From NCBI GenBank assembly GCA_036785375.1, contig JAWMAR010002535.1, forward strand, positions 62,001-126,000: DNA of 64,000 bases, in the 5' to 3' direction. Positions 1 through 11,600 of this stretch are shown one piece after another. The notes below the pieces were generated by a model, which was not told where the DNA came from, made no database searches, and was given only the letters and a program-made list of their open reading frames with translations. Positions within the stretch are counted from its first letter, which is position 1, and every line of letters starts with the position of its first letter. Made by a program: the position numbers and the translations under genes. This DNA is from Leucoraja ocellata (Eukaryota).

Positions 1-1894
1 TTTCAAGTCAGAAACCTTTAGTTTTGGTGAAGGGTTCAAACCCGAAATGATCCCATTTTTCATTTCAGATGTTGACCCGTTGAATATTTCCAACACTTCA
101 AGTTATATACAGTTTTTAAACTTTTTTGTTTAATTTGAGAATTGATTGCCTTTTTAAGCAGAGCAGGTTTATTTTCAAATTTCTGTCACTTATAATAGTG
201 TAAAAGGTTACACTTAATTCAATTTAGTTTGTTCATGTGATAGGAGCAGAATTAGGGCATTCGGCCCATCAAGTCTACTCCACCATTCAATTATGGCTGA
301 TCTATCTCTCCTTCCTAATCCCATTCTCCTGCTTTCTCTCCATACACCCATACTAATCAATTGTTTTCACATGTACCGAGGCACTGAGTGACTGAATTGC
401 TCGTATCAGCCTGCCTCATGTTAAACCTCACAAGGAGCCCCTCTAAACCAAGCCCTGGGGTGATCCATTTCTGTGAGGACTTACAGAAGGAAGGGGTTTG
501 TGTCAGCCCCTCCATGTGGCAGCAGAGAGTGTACAACATCGCGCAGCCCAAGCAGATATCTTTTTATTAAAAGTAAAAGGGGGGGTACATATCTGTGGTG
601 AACAAGGGGTGTTAAAACAAATTGGCACTCTGCAACACAGTTAGGGTATTGCAGGGCTGATTTGCAGCTGTGAGCAAGGGAATGCAATTTATATCAATCT
701 TGGTCGATTTATTTTGAACTATTTTGGTGCTGTGTTCATCATGGGAATTGCTGAGCTTGTGGCTGTACTCTGAGCAGAGATCTAATGGCTCCCCTGTAGG
801 TGACAGGTGGGGAGTGATCGTACAAGAACATTTTCATGAGACAGCAGCAACAATTGATCTCCCCAGCAGGTAATTTCAGCAAATTGGCTGAGCGTCTCTC
901 TCTCTTTTGCTGGTTGTCCAGCATCCACTGAATGTAATCCAGCTGCTGATTAGAAAACCCAACCCTGGCAACATCTTTCATGAACCAGGCAAACCGGGTC
1001 TAAGTGTTAAAAGAGACATTGTTGAAATCTTTTCATTGAGCTTTGCTATTTTTGAAGAAGTGGTGCTGCTTGTTAACATTGAACAGATTTCTGTGCAGGC
1101 TTGATGGAAATGGAGTGAGAAATACCATCTTTCGGCAATCACACGGAAGTCAGTGTTTGGCCATTAAGGCACATCTGTTGCCAGAGTTTTTAAGTTGGAT
1201 TGTAGACCCATTCTTTTTGTGGAATTGACAAAGGAGCCTTGGCCAAATACCAACTCTTAGGATGGATGGAATGAAAATTAGCCCAACCAGCAGATAAAAC
1301 TCATTGCTAATTGCAATGAAATGAAGTTCAGCCAAACCTCAATCTAGTGATACGAACATTTTACTTTGGAATTGTTGACTTGGCATTTCGAAGTAATGCT
1401 TGTGTTTTGATTGATGGGGCACTGGCTTTTTGACAGTAAGGGGGCGAGTGCTTGTCTTGGCCACTGATAATCAAATCCAGACCTTGTCCAAATATCGTCC
1501 CCTGTCCCTTCTCACGTAAGCTTTTCCACTCACCACAATATCTTGTAACATCAAAATACAGGTAAGATGCTGATACATTTTCACATAATCCCAGACGGTG
1601 GACCATACTTTTGTTTACTGATTAGTATATTTATTAATCTGCCGTGTTATAATTGGCAGATAGAGCTAGGTTCGTGGACTTCAATGAATGTGTCTTCTGA
1701 TATGGATAACTTCCATTATTAAAATACTTAATAGTGACTCACAAAATGTAATTAAGTTTCTGCCTTAAGTATACTCCAGGTACTCATCTTTCACCATGTC
1801 ACCTTTGAGTTTTTCTGCATTTAGGGAATGGTTCTAAACTTTGAGAAACATGCTTTAGTGATCCCTAGCAACTTTCTTTTATTTACTTAACGTT

Positions 1895-2018
1895 TAAGAA
1901 AAAACTGCAGATGCTGGAAAAATCAAAGGTAGACAAAAATGCTGGAGAAACTCAGCGGGTGAGGCAGAATCTATGGAGCGAAGGAATAGGCGACGTTTCA
2001 GGTCGAGACCCTTCTTCA
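1895..2018 (-). mobile_element. Solo Penelope terminal repeat
   Basis: aactgcagatgctgg...gctggagaaactcagcggg...gacgtttcaggtcgagacccttcttca. Confidence 0.75.
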
Positions 2019-2466
2019 TTTTATTTAGTTTTATTTACTGATGCTTTATATATTTGTTGATTCTGGGCTAAAAGGGTACATTTTCTTTCATATATGATGG
2101 CTCAGTGACAATGACAGATTACAACGCCCGGAGCTCTTTTTCTATTATAAGATAAATTACTGAGCACCCTCCTCCCCATTAACTACTAATCAAAGCATAT
2201 CATGAATAGACAATTAAATCACTATTGGAATATAATTATTAGGATTTATGTGCGTGAGAATGCCACTGAACCACTTTCTGCTATTGGGGGAACTTGAAGC
2301 TGTTAACTGCAAATACTTGTTGGGATGGGAGAAGTATTCTCTTTGGACTCGAGTGTTATGCCTTGTATTTAAACACGTTATTAAAGTTACGGCTTGACAA
2401 CGTGGAACATTCGTGATGGATCGCCTATACTTTAGGCATCATTTTTTATTTATTTTTTTATTGCAG

Positions 2467-2634
2467 GCTAAAGAAAACAAAGAAAAGGAGCGCCTGGAAC
2501 GAAGGTTATTGGATGAGCTTATCAAGATGTTTATAGATTCTGATTCATTTTATTACAGCCAGAGTTATGATCTTACAAATTCGATACAGAGACAGAGTTC
2601 TTCAGAGACGAACAATGCATCATTGTGGCGAAGG
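2467..2634 (+). CDS. INPP5F: INPP5F exon (human exon 5 equivalent)
   Basis: ttgcag|GCT...CGAAGG|gtaaga; [43 protein letters not shown]...LWRR. Confidence 0.95.
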
Positions 2635-5600
2635 GTAAGATTTCCCAGAATTAACTTCTCCATGTGTCAAGAGGGCCATCAAATGTGCTCAGATTGAATC
2701 CACTCATCTAAAATGACAGTACATCTTCTCCCTGCTCTTCTATCAAATCTCTAATTTTGTACAAGGCAAGAGATGTCTACAGTTTTGGAGTAGAATAGCC
2801 TGCTGATTTGGGTGGTTTTGGCACCAGTTCCAGGTTGGATCATCATGCTTGTGGTGCATGGCATGTGCCAGTATTCTCAGCCATCGGCACCCGATCGATC
2901 ACACGCTCTCAAGTTTGCATCCACTCCCCATATACTAAGAACAATTTACAAAGTCCAGTTAGCCTTCAAACCTGCTCGTCTTTGGGACGAGGGAGGAAAT
3001 CGGAGCTCCTGGAGGAAACGCACGTGGTCAAGGAGATTATGCAAACTCCAGACAGGCAGCACCCATGGTCGGGATCAAACCCGGGTCCCAGGTTCTGTGA
3101 GACAACTGTGCCTCTATGCTGCCCTCGTGGTACCCAGGCAAAATGTCTTGCTGTTTCTCTAGTTTGTGTTTGGCAACACCGTGGCACAGTGGTAGAGTTG
3201 CCCCAGACCCGGGTTCGATCCTGACTAATGGGTGTTTTCTGAACAGAGTTTATATGCTCTCTGTGTGATCCCATGGCTTTCCACCTGTGCTCCAGTTTCC
3301 TCCCACAATCCAAAGATGTACAGGTTTGTAGGTTAATTGGCTTCGGTAAAATTGTCCCTCATGTGTAGGATAGTGTTGGTGTACGCGGGTCCCTGGTTGC
3401 CACGGACGGTTGGCCGAATGGCCTGTTGCTGCGCTGTATCTCTGCAGTCTAAAGAACAGAAGGTGTGAGTATAGGAAGGAGAATGAAAATGACTGGCAAC
3501 CAGAATATCCAGATGGCCACAGCAGACTGAGCGGAGGTACTCAGCAAAGCAGTCACCTAGCACTAATATCCTGGCCACTCCTACTTTTCCTCCTCCTTTT
3601 GGGATCCATTTCGGAACCTATCTGTCTGCATTTCCTTTTCTTAAGGTGTTGACTTTTTAAGTTGCTTTTCAAGTCCTAGTTGTGCTAGATACTGGAACTC
3701 ACGCCTTTGTTCAGTCATTACTAATTACGGTAACTTTCCCTGGATTAAATTAGAACGTAACCGTTCATGTGGGATGCAAGAACGGTAAGTTTTTTGTGCC
3801 AAAGTGAGGTGCAGTGAGCCGCTAATTTGAATCGCATGCTATTGTTAGCTAATATCTGTCGTCTTTTTCAGGTTGACGATAGATTTTTCTGGAACAAATA
3901 CATGATGGATGATCTGATCCAGTTAAATGTAAGTAACTGCTCTGGTTTTATCGAAGCAAACCACTGTTTACTTCATTGTCTCGTGATCCTGGGTGATGCC
4001 TTGGGTTCAGAAATGTTTTGCTTGGACTCCAGTTTTGTGAGTTTTGAAGTGACAGACGAGGCTGTAAGATTTGAGGAATCTACCAGAAGCGGGGAGCATT
4101 GGTGGGGGGGGGGGTTCCTGGGGTTGAGTGGTTTGGGATCAGCAGTGATTAGAAACAAAATCTACTATGTAAATTCTGTGGCTACAGACCAGGTCAGAAC
4201 ATGGGCATCCCATGGCAGGCGACTGTTCCTCCCCAAAGCCTTCAGTGACGAGGCACAAGTCAGGAACGTTTGTGAATACCTGGATGAGCTGAATTCCAAT
4301 AACCTTCAAAGCTGGTCATCATGAATGGCAAAGCAGTCCACTTGATTGGAAACCTCGCCATCTCCTGAATGAATTTAGTTCCTCTAACATTGACATTCTG
4401 TGGTTGCAGTGCATGTTATCTACAAAATCCACCCAGGCCACGGGCATCAGCCCTCAAACCTGCAATTGATCCAGGCAGGAAAAAAGGCAGCAGGCATTTC
4501 GGCATTACACTGCCCCCTGCAGGTTCCCCTCCATATAGTGAACCCGCTGACATGGAAATATATTGTCACGCATTCAGATTTGCTGGATCTAAATCCGTGA
4601 GATCCATACCCAATGGCATAATTTGACTACTTCACCAGAATGAGTGCGAGCGCTTAAGCTGGTGGCTTAACACTACATTTAGGGAAGGGCAGTGTGGGTG
4701 CCAGCCACACAAACATCAAGTGTGTAATTTAAAATTAAATTAAGTTCAAGCCTTGCCTTGCCTATGCACATCTATCTTGCAATATTGGTATAAAAACAGA
4801 CCATTTTATAAAAAGTTTATTGCAATGCGATGCTAAGTGTTTTATCTCTTACATGGCAATGGAACCGAGCTGTGGTAAAATGGTTGTCTGCTTGGCCTGA
4901 CTCGATCGCATTCAGATGAATGGTTGGCACTAGCTGTTTAACATCCAAACAGTTGATTGGCTTAATTGAATGCAGAAATTCCCCTTTGGTATCCCAAGAC
5001 CAAGAATTGCTGGTGTTCATACCTTGTCACCTGGTATTGTTCACAGCCAGTAGGTCATATATTTAGAAGTCGAGAAAAATGGGTGGACATTAATACTTGG
5101 TCTTTTTATTGTGATTTGGGCCTTTTATTGGTTACAGAAGCTGTTTGTTTTATAATTTGCTGAATAGACTCAGAGCTGTAAAGAGCTGTCAAGAACCAGG
5201 TTAGGTTCACTGTTGTCATCTGCCTGCTCTTACCCGGGTTAGATGTTGAGGGCCATACGAGCTGACTCTGCAGCTGGAGGCATCTGCTGTGGGCCCAATC
5301 ATAACTGGGCCTCTAAGATCCTAACCTTTGTGATCAAGGTCTTGTCTTGCCCACTGTCTTCAACAGTGGGCAAGACGAGAGGATGGAACCTTGCTTTCTA
5401 TTAAAACTGAGAGGCTTTATTGATATTTAATGTCCTAGTTCAGATTTGGAAACTATTAAGATGTTTTATAAAATTCTAGAGATGCGGCCCGACTCGTTGA
5501 GTTACTCCAGCGAGTGCTTTTTGTGTCTATCTTTGGTGTAAACCAGCATCTGCAGTTCCTTCCTACACATGAAATAACTGTTTATCGGTAGAAATAACCT

Positions 5601-8600
5601 TACTTTCTTTTTCTGATCTCAAATTGGTTAATTCAAGAAAGCACTAATTTCTCCCGCCTTCATAAGCCACATGATGACTTGGTTTGATAATTTGTTTGTA
5701 ATACAAAGCAAATTACAACGCGGTTATGGTAAATATTGAGTAATGGTTTGATCTGCATTTCAGATTTATAGCGCCAGCAATTTTATGTTGATCTGTGTTT
5801 TGTTCCTTAACTATTTTGACTCTGCTTAATGCGTTTGATTATTAGGTAACAGATTTTTATACTGTTAATATACTGTAGTTTTAATAGTTATTCTCTGTTA
5901 ACGTTGGAGGTATTTGAAACCTGATTGAGCTTCAGTTGGGCACAAACTACTAGAGTAACTCTGCAGGTCAGGCAGTATCTCTAGAGAACATGGATAGGTG
6001 TCCCTGGAAGGGCCTTGACCCTACTGCCACCTATCCATGTTCTTCCAAGATACTGCCTGACCTGCTGAGTTACTCCAGCACCCTGTCCACTTGTGTATTA
6101 ACCAGCATCTGCAGTTCCTTGTTTCTACTCTGGACCTAAGTTGATGGCCAGTGAAGTTGACAGCAGGGCTTCACTGTGTGTTGAGTTGGCTAGCCGTCAG
6201 CTTTCACGAGCTTATGGGGGTACAATTTCCGCAGTGTATTGCGGAGGACCATTCAGATAATGTCAGTGATTTGGGCTGGCAAGATGTACACTGCATATGA
6301 ATGGTGTAAATGTTGACATAAGGGAACTGTGGGCAGTAATTCATGGCAGTGAGTTTGGTCCAGCAGGATTTGGCCACCATTGTGGAAATTGTGGCGGCAT
6401 AGTGGCGCAGCGGTAGAGTAGCTACAATATAGCGCAGAGACCCGGGATCGATCCTAACTACGGGTGCTGTCTGTACGGAGTTTGTACGTTCTATTTGTGA
6501 CCACGTGGGTTTTCTCCGAGTGCTCTGGTTTCCTCCCACACTCCAAAGAAGTACAGGTTTGTAGGCTAATTGGCTTTGGTAAAAAATGTTCATTTTCCCT
6601 CATATGTAGGATCATGCTGATGCACAGAGATCGCTGGTCGTCATGGACTCGGTGGGCCAAAGGGCCTGTTTCTGCACTGTATCTCTAAAATAAATGAAAC
6701 GAGCATGTATTTGTCTAAATTTGAAAGAAGCATTCTCTGTTCCCCCTTGTTGCTGGCACCATTGAAGTGTGGGTTTGTTGGCAGCAAGCTGCTTATTTCC
6801 ACATTTGGGCAAAGTGAGGACATGGAATCACACACCACAATGTGGAGAATGTTAGCACAGCAGTCAGCGATGTTGGTTGGTGGTTTAAAGGAGGGCATGG
6901 TCAGGAATTTAAAAGACGTTATTCCACAGCGAAACACAGGAGGACTGATGCAGAGTCTCGAACCCGAAACATTGACATTCTCTCTGCCTTCACAGAAGCT
7001 TCCCGATCTGCTGAGGTTCTCTCGTTGTCTATTTTTTGCAACCATATGATAACGTATTGTCGGCTTCTTTAGCCATTAACTGGGCGTCTCAATAGCCTGG
7101 ATCTCTTGGCACTATTCAGTTATGTGCAATATTCCTTTCTATTGCCTCCTCCTTCCAAAGTATGCCAGGCAGCTTAAAACTCTTGCAAGCACATCAGCAC
7201 ACATAGATGTGTGGATTTCCTCAATACTTAACAGAAATTTGGAGACACTTCAGGCAGTGGTTCCTAAATCTAAAACCATTCTGCCTGCTTCACTTTCTCA
7301 TCAATGTCCAGCTTCGCCATCAAATTGATTTGTATTTTGCAAGAGCTATATATCTCCTTTCAATTATTAAGATCCTTTGAAATTAACCCCCAGTGAATAC
7401 GGTGCAGACGTTTGGCATGGTGCATGTTAAGAATTAGTCCATTAAGTGTACCTTTCACTAGAAGGAAATGAACAAAAAAAAGTTGGTTTTGATTGAAACT
7501 GAATGGTACTTGTTGCCCCCCCGAGCAAAGTAAGCTGCAGGAGAAAATGCGTTTATGCCGAAGATAGACACACAGTGCTGGAGCAACTCATCGGGTCAAA
7601 CAGCATCTCTAGCGAGATGGAACAAGTGATGTTTGGGCTTGGAACCCTCCCACATACTAACAGTCTGAGAGTAGGGGAATCGAGGACCAGAGGACATGGG
7701 TTCAAGTTGATGGGGAAAAGATTTGATAGGAATCTGAGGGGTAACTTTTTCCATACAAAGGGTGGTGGGTGTGTGGAACAAGCTACCAGAGGAGGTAGTT
7801 GAGGATGGGACTATCCCAAGTTTGGAGGGATATGGACCAAGCGCAGGCAGGTGGGACGAGTGTAGCTGGTGTGGGCAAGTTGAGCCGAAGGGTCTGTTTC
7901 CACACAAACCCTCTATCACTCTATGACTCTAAAGGTTCCGGCCCAAAACATAAGATGCAGGAGGATTTCCAAATGATGAGCTCTTTGCCTTGTTGAAGAA
8001 TATTGTGCATTTGTCCTGTAATTACTGTGGAACATTAAAGAACATTAAAGTAGCCAAGAATATTCTGCAACATTTTAGGGTAACTGCCATGGGGGATCGT
8101 TTCATTTTTCAGATTATTGCCAATAATTCCGGCATCAGATTAAACGTAAATATTGTTCTCTTACAGGATCCTAAAGCAGATTTCTGGATTGTTCCAATAA
8201 TCCAAGGTTTTGTGCAGATTGAAGAACTGGTTGTCAATTACAGTGAATCCTCGGATGATGAAAAGAGCAGTCCTGAGACTCCGTCACAGGAGCACTGTGT
8301 GGATGATATCTATCCAAGGTTTATAGTGGCAATTATTTCGAGGAGGAGTCGGCACAGAGCAGGTATGGAAACAATTACATTTGAAGGTCAAGATGCTTCA
8401 TATAACCGTGACCTCTTCATTCCATTTGTATGGAGGAAGTATTCTGAGATTCACCAGCGTCTTCCACCCAAGACATTGCCTCTCTTCGTCTTCTCACAGA
8501 TGTTGCCTGACCTTGTGAATATTTTAAGCATTGTTTTTAATTTTTATGACATTTAATGCTGCTTTGTCTGCAGTTTCTATACTAGAAGTTTATGGCAGGT

Positions 8601-11600
8601 ACTAACCTTTAAGTATAGCTTGCGACTTAAGGTTTCCTCTTGCTCCATTTTAATTAGCTTCATCAAAGATTGAAACACAGAGTACATATAGTTCCAGTTA
8701 TTAATTAATAATCTTGTTCAGCCATCCTAGTACTTTCGAAGACTCACCAGGTCATTTGGGATTATTAAATTGCAAGCACCCTGTATCTATATAGCAAACA
8801 CCCCCACTGAACGGTACAAACAAATTCCAATCCTTAGGTTTTTAGTTCATTACGTTGATCTTGACTGGTTATGTTTGTTCTGGATCTGTTTCTTTGTGCT
8901 TTGAAAGACTGGCACTCACTTCTATTCTTAATGACAGCACATCCTGAAATGTTTAATAGCCAGTGAGTTGCAGTTCTCTAGTTAGGAAGACATTTTTAGG
9001 AAATAAATGTGGATATTAATAGTAAATCCTTGCAAAGGAACAGCCTCCCATTTTCTTATTTTGATCTTAAAAATCTGCCTCCATGAGAAAGCTTTGGCTC
9101 ATGTTTTTCTCTAACCACCCGATGATGGCAAATGTATCAATCTTGGTAAGTATTTTGGAAAGTCTCTTGTGCACTAATGTCTTGTTTTTTTCCCCCACAA
9201 TCTTTTAGAAATTTTGTGTAACTCGTGTATAACGTGTATAATTTCTGTGTTTGTCTGATTCTATGCCTGTGAATCTACTGCAAACACGATTTTCATTGTA
9301 CCTCACCATACTTGTGCATATGACAATAAATCTGGGCACAAGGAACTGCAGATGCTAGCTCACAAAAGAAGGGTCTCAACCTGAAACATCGCCTATCCTT
9401 GTTCTCCAGGAATGCAGCCTGACCCGCTGAGTTACTCCAGAACTTTGGCTTTTTTTTTGATAAACGCTACTTGATTTGACGTTAAAATTGCAGTATGACG
9501 ACTAGAGGTTAATTCCTGAGTAATATGATTCCAAATCTCTGGTAATGAGGATAGTTGTTGCCCTTCATTTTTGATGTATCAATAAATGAAAAATACGTTG
9601 TCACCATTGCAGATATAAAAATACGATACGATAGGACTTTCCCAGGGGGGAAATTGATCTGCCAACAATCATAAAAACACAAAATACATGAAACATGAAA
9701 TTAAAGTGACGAGTGGAAAGGGGATCGGGGATGTGCCAAGATTGGGGGGGGGGGGGGGGGCAGTCAGTCTCAGTCTATCCCCATCAATAGGGGGAGGATT
9801 TGTACAGTTTGATAGCCACAGGGAAGAAGGATCTCCTGTGGTGTTCTGTCCTGCATCTTGGAAAGCAGGCACTCTTATGCTTTGTAATCTTTCTGCTCAG
9901 AGGATGGATTTTACAGCACGGAAACAGGCCCTTGGCCCACCGAGTCTGCACCAAACAGCGATCCCCGCACATTAACACAATCCTGCACACACTAGGGACA
10001 GTTTACACTTACACCAAGCCAATTTACCTACATACCTGCACGTCTTTGGGGTATGTGAGGAAACCGAAGATCTCAGAGAAAACCCACGATGGTCACGGGG
10101 AGAACGTACAAACTCTGTAAAGACAGCTCCCGTAGTCGGGGATCGAGCCCGGGTCTCCGGTGCTACAAGTGCTGTAGGCAGAAACTCTACTGCTGCGCCA
10201 TCATGTTTGTGTCTATAGTAGTGTACAGATAAATCTAAAATACAAATTGGACTTTGATTCACCAATATGATGAGTTGCATTCAGCCGGTTTAGATGTTCC
10301 TTTCTTCAAATTCTGCAGGAATGCGCTATAAACGCCGGGGTGTGGATGAGAATGGAAACGTGGCAAACTATGTGGAGACGGAGCAGCTAATCCACGTCCA
10401 CAGTCACACGCTGTCATTTGTCCTTGCCCGTGGATCAGTGCCTGTGTTTTGGAGTCAGATTGGCTATCGGTATAATCCTCGTCCACGACTAGACAAACGT
10501 GAGTGAGAAACCCAAATCTCCCCACTTCAATAGAAAATTAGAACTTCAATGGATCGGTTACTGTGGCTGCAGAAGTCTATGTATTTTGTAAACTCAGTCA
10601 AACTGTGGTTAACTGTGGCTCCTGCCTCCTGGGTTTGACTTTCAAAAATGCAAAATCTCACATTTATCTGCATTAAACTCCATTAGCCATTCCTCAGCCC
10701 ACTTGACCAGCTGATCAACATCATGCTGTAAATTTTTGATAACCAAATTATCTTCATTATCTACGATAATACCCACATTAATGACATCTGCAAACTTACC
10801 AATCATACCTTGTACATTCTCATCCAAATCTCTGATATAAATCACAAACAACAATGGGCCCAGCACCAATCCCTGAGGCTAGTCAAGATTCAAGATTCAA
10901 TTTATTTGTCATTTGGACCCCTTGAGGTCCAAACGAAATGCCGTTTCTGCAGCCATACATTACAAACAAATAGACCCAAGACACAACATAATTTACATAA
11001 ACATCCATCACATCGCTGTGATGGAAGGCCAAAAAAACTTATCTCTCCACTGCACTCTCCCCCCCCGATGTCAGAGTCAAAGTCAAAGCCCCCGGCTGGC
11101 GATGGCGATTGTCCCGCGGCCATTAAAGCCACGCCGGGTGGTGCAAGGTCGCACACCGGGTTCTTGATGTTGGAGCCCCCGGCGTGCGCTCGCAGAGTCC
11201 CGCGGCCATTCCAAGCCGCGCGGGGCGGTGCTGTAAGGTCCCGCTCCAGGAGCTCTTCGACCCCGCAACTCAGGCGGGAGAAGTCGCCGTTGCAGGAGCC
11301 CTGAAAAGCGGTCTCCCTCCAGGGACCCGCGGGCTCCTGGTGCCGCCGTCCGCCAGACCCGCAGTTGCAGCCTCCAAATCTCCGGAGGTCGGGCCGCTCA
11401 CAGACCTCCAGTCTGAAAAACAACCTTTACCCCCGAGTCCCTTGTAATCTAACCTTCAAGAATGGTCTACCATGTGAAACTTTATCAAATGCATTGCTGA
11501 AATCCAACGTCAGCTCTTTTGGTTACTTCTTCAAAACTCTCAATCAGATTTATGTAGCACTATCTCGCAGGTACAAAACCATGCAGACGATCCCTAATCA

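Noticed and set aside
2808-3652. Several 80-138 aa ORFs
   Set aside because: Translations of V-SINE copies; similar peptides recur at other SINEs
5671-5765. ATGATGA box-C-like motif as a possible intronic snoRNA
   Set aside because: No suitably placed CTGA box D or terminal stem
6392-6470. tRNA-like A/B box sequence
   Set aside because: Head of a tRNA-derived SINE continuing into V-core and LINE tail; no complete cloverleaf
10810-11447. Overlapping 164-173 aa ORFs on both strands
   Set aside because: Stop-poor because the inserted repeat is GC-rich; no recognisable domain or splice context
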